DNA from: a candidate division WOR-3 bacterium
Lineage (GTDB): Bacteria; Hydrothermota; Tepidihabitantia; SM23-42
Direction of reading: 5' to 3'
Length of the DNA: 64,000 nucleotides
Assembly: GCA_027026255.1 (NCBI GenBank)
Contig: JALVOT010000014.1
Coordinates: 23,986 to 87,985, forward strand
Of the stretch, positions 56,114 to 64,000 are shown piece by piece (the first letter of the stretch is position 1; each line of letters begins with the position of its first letter). Below the pieces are notes generated by a model. The model was not told where the DNA came from. It ran no database searches and saw nothing but the letters and a program-made list of their open reading frames with translations. The position numbers and the translations under genes were made by a program.

Positions 56114-56934
56114 TGGTAGAGAGGGAAGAGGCGGTCTTAAAAAAATCAGGGGTGATTTTTGTATTGTTCTTCTCGCTGATTCCGGTCTTCTGGATGCTTA
56201 TAATATCATTAAGCCAGAGCCCTGATTTTCTTGTAAACGGCGAAATGGTATTAACTTTGAAGAATTACTTCGATATCATTGCCCGGCACAATTTACATTT
56301 TTTGGACTTTTTAAAAAACAGCATAATTGTTGCCGGTATCAGTTCACTATTTAGCACATTGATTGCCGCACTTGCCGGTTATGCAGTTTCCCGAATCAGA
56401 TTCAGGGGTAGAATGGTTTTTATGATTCTTGTGCTTACCCTTTCAATGTTTCCTCAGATATGTATTATCGGCTATCTCTATAAATTTATGAGCAGGCTGG
56501 GCTGGATTAATTCCTATCCAGGACTTATATTGCCATATATTGCCTGGAGTCTGCCCCTGGGTCTTTGGATTATGTTAAGTTATTTTTCTCAAATTCCCCG
56601 GGAACTTGATGAAGCCGCAATGGTGGATGGTGCAAACCGCTTTCAAATCCTCATCCGGGTGATTCTTCCGGTTGCCCTGCCTGGTTTTCTTTCTACAATA
56701 TTATTATTATTTATATTTTCATTCAATGAGTTTCTCTTTGCCCTTATGCTGACGACCGATTTTCATTCACAGACCGTGCCGGTGGGGATTGCACTTTTTC
56801 AGGGTCTCCACGGCGAGTTACCCTGGGGATATATTATGTCAGCTTCAACAATTTCCTGCCTGCCGGTAATCATTATTGCCCTTTTGTTTCAGCGCCAGAT
56901 TATTCAAGGATTGACCCGGGGTGCGGTAAAATAA
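56110..56934 (+). CDS. Sugar ABC transporter permease (MalG-type)
   Basis: 274 aa; EAA loop DEAAMVDGANRFQIL. Confidence 0.85.
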   Translation: MMVEREEAVLKKSGVIFVLFFSLIPVFWMLIISLSQSPDFLVNGEMVLTLKNYFDIIARHNLHFLDFLKNSIIVAGISSLFSTLIAALAGYAVSRIRFRGRMVFMILVLTLSMFPQICIIGYLYKFMSRLGWINSYPGLILPYIAWSLPLGLWIMLSYFSQIPRELDEAAMVDGANRFQILIRVILPVALPGFLSTILLLFIFSFNEFLFALMLTTDFHSQTVPVGIALFQGLHGELPWGYIMSASTISCLPVIIIALLFQRQIIQGLTRGAVK

Positions 56935-56947
56935 TTCATCAAAAGTC

Positions 56948-56975
56948 TTGAAAAATTTTCAAAAATATCTATAAT
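56948..56975 (+). promoter_or_regulatory. sigma70-type promoter (TTGAAA, 16 bp, TATAAT) with about 44-nt leader and AAGGAGG
   Basis: Boxes read directly upstream of ATG 57020. Confidence 0.5.
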
Positions 56976-57019
56976 CAAAAAATTATGAATCTTAAGCCTA
57001 TGAAAAGGAGGTTTGTCCG

Positions 57020-58234
57020 ATGAGACGCACCCTGGAGGATTATCGCAATATTGTTGGTGATGATGTCATTTATAAAATATACCATTTATCAAGGGGACTG
57101 TGCGGGAAGTCGCTTGTTCATATTAATTCAACATATTATGGTGGAGGTGTGGCTGAGATATTGAGTGCCCTTGTGCCTTTGATGAATGATGTGGGTTTAT
57201 CTGCCGGGTGGAGAATCCTGCGCGGGACGCCAGATTTTTTTAATATTACCAAAAAATTTCATAATGCTTTGCAGGGAGATACGATACATCTTACTAAAAT
57301 AAAGAAGCAGTTATATATGCAGGCAAATGAGGATTTTTCCACCTATAGTCATATTGATCATGATTGTATTATAATCCACGATCCACAGCCACTACCCCTG
57401 ATAAATTTTTATAAAAAACGGCAGCCCTGGATCTGGCGTATTCATATTGACCTTTCACATCCCGATACAAAACTCTGGAATTATCTTAAAAAATTTATTT
57501 TGAAATTTGATGTAATAATACTTTCCCATGAAGATTATCGGCGGCCTGATATTCCAGTGGAACAGGTTATTATTCATCCGGCAATTGATCCGCTGTCGAC
57601 GAAGAATATGGATGTTAGTGATAAAACGATCAGTAAAACTCTGAAAAAATTTGATATTCCCACCGATAAACCGATTATCAGTCAGGTGTCAAGGTTTGAT
57701 AAGTGGAAGGATCAGGAAGGGCTGATTGAGATTTATCATCTGGTTCGGAAAAAGATTGATTGCCGTCTGGTTCTATGCGGTAGTATGGCTACTGATGATC
57801 CGGAATCCCAGCAATATTATGAACGCATCAAGAGAAAGGCGAATAATCTGATAAAAAGCAAAGATATCATTTTGATTACCAGTGAGAATAATATTCTGGT
57901 AAACGCCCTCCAGCGCCGTTCATCGGTTGTGATTCAAAAGTCATTGCGAGAGGGCTTCGCTCTGACTGTGACCGAGGCATTATGGAAGAGTAAGCCGGTT
58001 ATTGCATCAGATATTGGTGGAATACCGCTGCAGATAAAGGATGGTGAAAATGGTTTTCTGCTTGACCCTGAGGATTATGAGGGATTTGCCGACCGGATTT
58101 TACGGTTATTAAAAAATCCTAAACTTGCTGCTAAACTCGGCGAAGCTGGAAGAGAAGTGGTGAAGAAGAAATTTTTAATCACAAGGTTATTAACTGATTA
58201 TCTGAATCTCCTCCAGAAACTTTTGATAAAGTGA
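57020..58234 (+). CDS. GT4 glycosyltransferase, TreT-like trehalose synthase candidate
   Basis: 404 aa; N-terminus EDYRNIVGDD...VHINSTYYGGGVAEIL...FFNITKKFHNALQG resembles archaeal/bacterial TreT as I recall it; linked to OtsAB and a sugar ABC importer. Confidence 0.55.
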   Translation: MRRTLEDYRNIVGDDVIYKIYHLSRGLCGKSLVHINSTYYGGGVAEILSALVPLMNDVGLSAGWRILRGTPDFFNITKKFHNALQGDTIHLTKIKKQLYMQANEDFSTYSHIDHDCIIIHDPQPLPLINFYKKRQPWIWRIHIDLSHPDTKLWNYLKKFILKFDVIILSHEDYRRPDIPVEQVIIHPAIDPLSTKNMDVSDKTISKTLKKFDIPTDKPIISQVSRFDKWKDQEGLIEIYHLVRKKIDCRLVLCGSMATDDPESQQYYERIKRKANNLIKSKDIILITSENNILVNALQRRSSVVIQKSLREGFALTVTEALWKSKPVIASDIGGIPLQIKDGENGFLLDPEDYEGFADRILRLLKNPKLAAKLGEAGREVVKKKFLITRLLTDYLNLLQKLLIK

Positions 58235-58246
58235 TACATATTTCAT

Positions 58247-58702
58247 ATGTCTGACTTTTATCGAATTGCTTGTAATATCCAGAAGCTGATTGATGAGGAG
58301 TTGAACAGGGGATACGGCAGGAAGGCGATTGAACACTGGCATAATCCAAAAAATTGGGGGATTATGAATAAGGCGGATGGTTATGCTAAAATTACCGGTC
58401 CCTGTGGTGATACAATGGAGATTTCTATTCTGGTTGAGGATAACAGGATTATAAAATGCACATTCGATACCGATGGCTGTGGTGCTACAGTCGCCTGTGG
58501 TAGTATTGTAACCGAGCTGGCGACAGGTAAATCTATTTTCGCGGCAAGGCAGATAGACCAGCAAAAGGTGCTTGACTATTGCGGAGGATTCCCCGACGAG
58601 AATACACATTGTGCACTGCTTGCTGCCAATACCCTGCAGAGGGCGATTGATAAGTATCTTCAAGATTCTAACTTACCCTGGAAAAAATTTTATAGAAAAT
58701 AG
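58247..58702 (+). CDS. NifU/IscU-like Fe-S cluster scaffold-domain protein
   Basis: 151 aa; three conserved Cys contexts (GPCGD; DGCGA; HCALLA). Confidence 0.65.
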   Translation: MSDFYRIACNIQKLIDEELNRGYGRKAIEHWHNPKNWGIMNKADGYAKITGPCGDTMEISILVEDNRIIKCTFDTDGCGATVACGSIVTELATGKSIFAARQIDQQKVLDYCGGFPDENTHCALLAANTLQRAIDKYLQDSNLPWKKFYRK

Positions 58703-58707
58703 GTTAT

Positions 58708-59688
58708 TTAAAGGGTGAACCCTGAACTCCGGGCATCGACCGATAGGCTTGAAGGCCCAAATTTTTTAAATCTTTTTGAGCCCGCCAGTCCAATCATTAC
58801 TCCGTTGTCAGTGCAGAACTGAAGACTGGTTAGATATAATTTTATTTTTTCTTTTTTGGCGAGATTTTTAAAGTATTCGCGCAGCCGTTGATTGGCTGAG
58901 ACACCGCCAACAATTCCCAGGCCCTTGACCTTTGTCTGTTTTAAACACCTTTCAGTAACTTCAATAAGATGTTTGATTGCTGATTCCTGAAAATTTGCGA
59001 CGACATCCGGCCGATTATAATAGGGATTATTTTTTACATAATACAAAACCGCGGTCTTTAAGCCTGAATAACTGAAGTTGAATTTTGATGGTCTTGGAAC
59101 AGGAAACTTTATCTTACCCAGCCTGCCTTTAGCAGCCTCTTTCTCAATATATGGTCCACCCGGATAAGGAAGCCCGGTTAATTTTGCTACCTTATCAAAT
59201 GCCTCACCACAGGCATCGTCAAGGGTTCGGCCCATAGTTTTATAGCTAAATTCCTTTTGTACAAGCACGATTTCAGTATGGCCTCCTGATACAATGAGCA
59301 CAAGATATGGATAGGCGGGTTTACTTCCATCAAGTTGCAGAGAATAGATATGTCCTTCAAGATGGTTTATTCCTATGAAAGGTTTATTAAGACTTATGGC
59401 AATAGATTTTGCAAAGGAGAGTCCAACCAGAAGTGAGCCAACCAGGCCTGGTCCATAAGTAGCCGAGACAAGGTCGATATCTGATAATTTTATGTTTGCA
59501 ATCTCAAGGGCGAGTTTTGTCAGGGGCATTATTACCTTGATATGGTTTCTTGCGGCAATTTCCGGCACCACACCACCAAATTTTGTATGTGCAATCTGGG
59601 ATGAGACGATATTCGCCAGGACATTTTGGTCCTTAATAATACCGACTGCGGTTTCATCACAGGATGTTTCAATACCCAGGGTTATCAT
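58708..59688 (-). CDS. tsaD: tRNA N6-adenosine threonylcarbamoyltransferase TsaD (start refined to ATG 59686-59688)
   Basis: MITLGIETSCDETAVGI...; Kae1/TsaD motifs. The 102-codon upstream extension in the ORF track is rejected because a consensus promoter ends 5 nt before this ATG. Confidence 0.85.
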   Translation of the reverse strand: MITLGIETSCDETAVGIIKDQNVLANIVSSQIAHTKFGGVVPEIAARNHIKVIMPLTKLALEIANIKLSDIDLVSATYGPGLVGSLLVGLSFAKSIAISLNKPFIGINHLEGHIYSLQLDGSKPAYPYLVLIVSGGHTEIVLVQKEFSYKTMGRTLDDACGEAFDKVAKLTGLPYPGGPYIEKEAAKGRLGKIKFPVPRPSKFNFSYSGLKTAVLYYVKNNPYYNRPDVVANFQESAIKHLIEVTERCLKQTKVKGLGIVGGVSANQRLREYFKNLAKKEKIKLYLTSLQFCTDNGVMIGLAGSKRFKKFGPSSLSVDARSSGFTL

Positions 59689-59693
59689 ACCCA

Positions 59694-59721
59694 ATTTTAT
59701 CCAAACTGCATTGAAAATCAA
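59694..59721 (-). promoter_or_regulatory. Leaderless sigma70-type promoter (TTGATT, 16 bp, TAAAAT, 5 nt to ATG) for tsaD
   Basis: -35 at 59716-59721, -10 at 59694-59699 on the minus strand. Confidence 0.5.
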
Positions 59722-59987
59722 GCCTGAGTTATTTAACGGCGCCGTCCTGGAATAATCGGGATTGGCGGGCTGGTTCTGCAGCGGTGCTTTTGGTAGAGAC
59801 ATTTCTCTTTTTGTCTGCTTTATTGAATGAACAGCCTCTGAAAACCCGGGTTCTGGTTTCTCATTGACTGTCCGGACGGATTTTAATGATTTATTAAGAG
59901 AAGGGATGTTTGATATCAGAGGGAGATTCAATAGAGAAATGGCGAATTCGTTTGTCCGAGCCATTGTTGAATCCTCGGTGGAAGGTC

Positions 59988-60015
59988 TTGACATTGATTG
60001 ATTTCTAAATATAAT
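59988..60015 (+). promoter_or_regulatory. sigma70-type promoter (TTGACA, 16 bp, TATAAT) with about 80-nt structured leader for the REC-PAS regulator
   Basis: Perfect hexamers; leader contains a GTCAGT/ACTGAC hairpin followed by a T-run. Confidence 0.5.
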
Positions 60016-60100
60016 ATAACCATAAATATAAATTTGGAAGGTCAGTATGTAACTGACAAGGGCGGTAGCTTATCTTTTTTCAAAACGAAGGGATGTGATT

Positions 60101-61219
60101 ATGAAAAACAAAGTTTTTCTTGTAACTCAGGATTTAAAACTGGTTGATGAAATAGTGCCCATCCTTAAAAACGAAGGTTTTGAGGTCCATACCACTGCAT
60201 CACCCGAGATGGTTTCTGAACAATGTAAAAAAGAAAATTTTGACCTTGTCTTACTCGATGTGCATCTTCGTAAAGTCCCGTATGAAAAATTGATTCCGGA
60301 AATTAAGAACGCCTCGCCGGAAACTGAGGTTGTTGTTATGACCTCTTATGCATTTCCTGAAAGTATGGCTAAAGATGATATATCAGACATCGCCGGCTAT
60401 TTAATAAAACCTTTTAGCCGGGATAAGGTAAAAAAGGTTATTACCCGGGCACTAAAGCAGGGTGAGTTGATTAGAGAAAATAAAAGGCTTCTATTAAATA
60501 TTACTGCTGCAAAAAAGGAATGGGAGGCAACGGTTGATGCAATAGATAGTCCGATATTTGTGACCGATTTCGATTATAATATTCTCAGGGCAAATCTGAC
60601 AACCTTTCAGACACTGGGTAAGGGTGTGAAGGATGTTGTGGGACACAAATGCTATAAGGTTTTCCATTGTGCGGACTATCCGCTTGATGATTGTCCTGGT
60701 AAACGGGCAATGGATAGAGGTGAACCGGTGCATGATGTCATATCATTTAAAGGCTTAAAAAAGAGGTTAAATTGCAGTGTTTATCCTCAGGTATTTGCTG
60801 AAGGCGGCGGGCTTGTCCATTATCTACATGAGCCTGATGTCAAACCTGAATTCCAGGCTGAGATGATGACTAAATATGAAAGGCTCTTTCTTGATGCGGC
60901 ATTACCGATCCTCCTTATTGATTTAGAAAATTACAAGGTGGTGGATGCAAACCAGCGGGCGATTGAATTGTTTGGTTATAACCCGGAAAATATATCAGAC
61001 CGAGATTTAGAAGAACTTTTTCCTCAAAAAGAGCGTGAATCGGTGATGTCCTGGATGATTAAAGAGGCAGAGGGGAACAGCGGTGTTATAAAGACAAAAA
61101 TTCTGACGGACGGGGATAAAGAGATTGCTGTCTATATGTTTGCCAATCCGGTAGAGATTGGGAGTCAGCGGTTTCTGGAAACCTTTATTATCCTGGAAGA
61201 TTCATTAAAATCTGATTAA
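60101..61219 (+). CDS. Response-regulator receiver domain protein with PAS-type sensory domains (no DNA-binding or kinase output recognised)
   Basis: REC motifs (DLVLLDVHL; LIKPF) then PAS-like regions. ATG 60101 preferred over ORF-track GTG 60095 on SD spacing. Confidence 0.65.
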   Translation: MKNKVFLVTQDLKLVDEIVPILKNEGFEVHTTASPEMVSEQCKKENFDLVLLDVHLRKVPYEKLIPEIKNASPETEVVVMTSYAFPESMAKDDISDIAGYLIKPFSRDKVKKVITRALKQGELIRENKRLLLNITAAKKEWEATVDAIDSPIFVTDFDYNILRANLTTFQTLGKGVKDVVGHKCYKVFHCADYPLDDCPGKRAMDRGEPVHDVISFKGLKKRLNCSVYPQVFAEGGGLVHYLHEPDVKPEFQAEMMTKYERLFLDAALPILLIDLENYKVVDANQRAIELFGYNPENISDRDLEELFPQKERESVMSWMIKEAEGNSGVIKTKILTDGDKEIAVYMFANPVEIGSQRFLETFIILEDSLKSD

Positions 61220-61471
61220 AAAGGAGCAGTATTCCGTTGAAATTGAAAATATTTTACAAATCAGAATGAAGCGAGTGGTAGGACGCAAGACCGACTTGAT
61301 GAACAGCGAAAAATTAAATGAATTGAGGCGGATATGATTGCAAAATATGCCATTGAATCAAGAGAGTTATTGCGGGTATTGGAGTGGCTAAAGTGCAAAT
61401 TACCTTTGTTTGCTATTTTAAAAGAGTTTAAACAAAGATAGAAGATGTAGAAAGGTTATGGTCTTTACAGA

Positions 61472-63496
61472 ATGAAATACAAATTTTTGGTTCCCCGTAA
61501 AATCAGACCCAAATTCAAAAATTTATTCAGAAGGTATTATGCCTTATATGGAAATGTACTATATAAGGTAAAACCTAAAACATTAACAGATTCTCAATTT
61601 CTTGAAGCCGTTAACGGGTTCAATGACCTATCCGATTTTGTTAATCATATTAAGTCAAGGGAAGAACCAAAATTTTTCATATCAGAACACTATAAACCAG
61701 AGGTGGGTAATATTTTGAAGAATAAATTTCCTGATGCGATGACCAAAATAATTGAGGCGGCAGATGATATCTGTAACCATAATTTTGACCTGCTCGGTTC
61801 AGGTAAAATAAATTTGGGCAACCGGATTGATTGGAATGTAGATTTTAAGACGGGGTACAAATGGGATTTGAAATATTATAAAGCCTATGATGTTAATAAT
61901 CTGGATTCTCATTCGGATATAAAGGTCCCCTGGGAGGTTTCACGGTTTCAACATCTTGTTACATTGGGACAGGCGTACTGGCTGACCCGGAATGAAAAAT
62001 ATGCCGAGGAATTTACGGACCAGATTTCAAGTTGGATTGAAGATAATCCTGTTGGCCTGGGTATTAATTGGATATGTCCTATGGAGATCGCGATACGAAT
62101 TATCAACTGGATTTGCGCGCTCTATTTTTTCAGAAAAGCCCCTTCGGTTTCCAGAAGTTTTATTGTTGAATTTTTGAAATCAATATTCTTACAGGGTCAA
62201 CACATATTCAATAATTTAGAACGATTTCCGAAATCAAATCATTATATTTCCGACATAGTAGGCATATTTTTTCTGGGGATGATGTTCCCTGAATTTAGAA
62301 CTGCTGAAAAATGGCGCAAATTTGCATTTCAAGAATTGCTGATTGAGATGGATAAACAGGTATATGATGATGGTGTTGATTTTGAAGCTTCAGTCTGTTA
62401 TCATCGGTTCGTTCTTGAATTATTTTTTTCATCCTTTTTACTTTGTCGATTGAATGGTATTCAGTTGCCTCAGGTATATTGGAATAAACTAAAGAAAATG
62501 TTCGACTTTGTGCTTTTTTATCTGAAATCGAATGGCTATGCGCCTCAAGTTGGTGATAATGATAACGGGAGATTGATTGTTTTTAAGAAACGAGATGCTC
62601 TTGACCACAGTTATCTTCTGACATTGGCTACTATTCTTTTCAATGATTCAAAATATAAATTGTCAGATTCTGAATTTTCTGAGGAAGGACTCTGGTTTTT
62701 TGGACCTGAGGCATATCAGACATATAAAACCCTGGATAGTAATAGTGATATTTACTCATCCGCCTTTCCGGACAGCGGTTTTTATATTATGCGTAATAAG
62801 AAGTTTTATATCATCGCAAATTGTGGACCGGTAGGCCAGGGCGGTCTGGGTGGTCATTCACATTCTGATAAGTTAAGTTTCGAGTTAAACATCGACGGTG
62901 TAGATATTATAGTCGATACGGGAACGTTTTCATATACCGGTGACTATCGAATGCGTAATCTATTCCGCAGCAGTAAGTTTCATAATACAGTTATTGTAGA
63001 TGACGCTGAGATATGCAGTTTTAAGCCACTTGAAATATTTCGGATGTTTGATGATGCACGCGTTCGCATTATTGATTGGAAAACAAAGGACGAATATGAT
63101 TATCTTGCGGCTGAACACTTTGGTTATTTAAAATTAAGCGATTCTGTCATACATAGGCGGTCCTTCATATTAGATAAGCGGGATAACATATTGAAAATTA
63201 CCGATGCTATTGATGGTAAAGAAACCCATAAGATTGAGGTTTTTTTTCATTTTCCACCCCGACTGTTGATAAAACCTGAATCCGACGGACGCAGCTATAA
63301 AATTAATCTTGATAAGAAGAAAGAATTGTTAATTACTACTCTAAGCAGGAATTTCCATTCCGAATTAAAGATGGGTCTTTATTCCCCTTCTTATGGGATA
63401 AAAGAAGAAGCTCCTTACTTGTGTTATTATCAGACCGTAAAGTTGCCAGTGGAGCTGGAGTTTTACTTTAAATATTATGAAACAAATTTTAATTAA
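61472..63496 (+). CDS. Heparinase II/III-like polysaccharide-lyase family protein
   Basis: 674 aa; overall heparinase II/III-like organisation; family assignment by pattern recall only. Confidence 0.55.
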   Translation: MKYKFLVPRKIRPKFKNLFRRYYALYGNVLYKVKPKTLTDSQFLEAVNGFNDLSDFVNHIKSREEPKFFISEHYKPEVGNILKNKFPDAMTKIIEAADDICNHNFDLLGSGKINLGNRIDWNVDFKTGYKWDLKYYKAYDVNNLDSHSDIKVPWEVSRFQHLVTLGQAYWLTRNEKYAEEFTDQISSWIEDNPVGLGINWICPMEIAIRIINWICALYFFRKAPSVSRSFIVEFLKSIFLQGQHIFNNLERFPKSNHYISDIVGIFFLGMMFPEFRTAEKWRKFAFQELLIEMDKQVYDDGVDFEASVCYHRFVLELFFSSFLLCRLNGIQLPQVYWNKLKKMFDFVLFYLKSNGYAPQVGDNDNGRLIVFKKRDALDHSYLLTLATILFNDSKYKLSDSEFSEEGLWFFGPEAYQTYKTLDSNSDIYSSAFPDSGFYIMRNKKFYIIANCGPVGQGGLGGHSHSDKLSFELNIDGVDIIVDTGTFSYTGDYRMRNLFRSSKFHNTVIVDDAEICSFKPLEIFRMFDDARVRIIDWKTKDEYDYLAAEHFGYLKLSDSVIHRRSFILDKRDNILKITDAIDGKETHKIEVFFHFPPRLLIKPESDGRSYKINLDKKKELLITTLSRNFHSELKMGLYSPSYGIKEEAPYLCYYQTVKLPVELEFYFKYYETNFN

Positions 63497-64000
63497 ACAC
63501 GGCGAACTAAATATTGAAGAAATACCTGCTCCGGTAGTTGATGAGGGAATGGTGCTTGTTGAAGTTTATTATTCTCTTATTAGCACAGGAACAGAAATAT
63601 TTGTAATTAAACAGGAAGAAAAATCTTTATTTAAAAAACTTCTGAAACAACCCGAAAAGATTTCTAAGTTGATAAGGCATCTTAATGAATATGGAATTAG
63701 GAAGACGCTTGCGACGGTAAAGGAAAAGTTAGGTACTAATATTCCACTTGGCTATTCCTGTTCTGGAAGGGTCATTGCATTAGGTGAAGGAGTAACTGAC
63801 TTTCAAATTGGTGATTATGTTGCCTGTGCCGGGGCGGGTAAAGCAAATCATTCAGAGGTGGTTGTTGTACCACAAAATCTTGTCGTCAAAGTTCCTGAAG
63901 GCTGTGAATTAAGGGATGCATCATCTGTTGCGGTAGGTGCAGTAGCATTACAGGGAATAAGAAGATGCGCACCGGATTTTGGAGAAGTTGTTGCTGTAAT
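63477..64000 (+). CDS. Zinc-binding medium-chain dehydrogenase-family oxidoreductase, 5' part (runs off window end)
   Basis: MKQILIKHGELNIEEIPAPVVDEGMVLVEVYYSLISTGTE...GYSCSGRVIALGEGV...; start overlaps the upstream stop; partial. Confidence 0.55.
   Translation, partial: MKQILIKHGELNIEEIPAPVVDEGMVLVEVYYSLISTGTEIFVIKQEEKSLFKKLLKQPEKISKLIRHLNEYGIRKTLATVKEKLGTNIPLGYSCSGRVIALGEGVTDFQIGDYVACAGAGKANHSEVVVVPQNLVVKVPEGCELRDASSVAVGAVALQGIRRCAPDFGEVVAV

Noticed and set aside
59689-59994. 102-codon N-terminal extension of TsaD
   Set aside because: TsaD homology starts at MITLGIETSCDE, and a leaderless promoter ends 5 nt before that ATG; the extension is unannotated upstream sequence.
1-64000. CRISPR arrays, tRNA/rRNA genes, transposases, integrases, T6SS components
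   Set aside because: None recognised on either strand by eye; the Rhs island therefore has no visible mobility or delivery genes within this window.

Overview
Annotation by eye from the six-frame ORF track and the raw sequence; no searches were run, so every family assignment rests on recognised motifs and is provisional. The window is AT-rich (about 40% GC by eye) and looks like a bacterial chromosome segment. It carries classical sigma70-type promoters (TTGACA, 16 bp, TATAAT), a T9SS-type C-terminal sorting domain on a gingipain-like protease, and an Rnf complex, which suggests an uncultivated lineage, possibly in the FCB group. No rRNA, tRNA, CRISPR array, transposase or integrase was found.

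Gene content in order: pstSCAB phosphate transporter (1-2774, minus); a lone HicB-like ORF; an Rhs polymorphic-toxin island (about 3.0-10.3 kb, minus); Yip1, carbamate kinase, a DUF2723-like membrane protein, Nudix, GNAT and SPFH genes; a 600-bp non-coding gap; an operon of LpoA-like protein, small membrane protein, QueG and a radical SAM/SPASM enzyme; a lipoprotein, GT2 synthase, Trm112-like protein and C25 peptidase; ACT protein, Mfd, phosphate acyltransferase, HisC; nitroreductase and rnfCDGEA; two M42 peptidases and an M23 peptidase; an envelope-polysaccharide cluster; S9 peptidase and a methyltransferase; a trehalose module (OtsA/OtsB fusion, sugar ABC importer, TreT-like synthase); IscU-like protein, TsaD, a REC-PAS regulator, a heparinase II/III-like protein and a partial oxidoreductase.

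The most likely candidate for a novel system is the Rhs island: a full-length Rhs protein with an unrecognised C-terminal toxin, a displaced orphan toxin cassette with its own promoter, two further decayed cassette relics, and three families of small membrane proteins that are candidate immunity factors. Other points worth a second look are a DUF2723-like gene with no canonical start codon lying in frame behind a 96-codon ORF, a repeated 68-bp intergenic element, a GC-rich hairpin island, an RnfG with a duplicated FMN-binding domain, and a recurring leaderless promoter layout that fixes many start codons.
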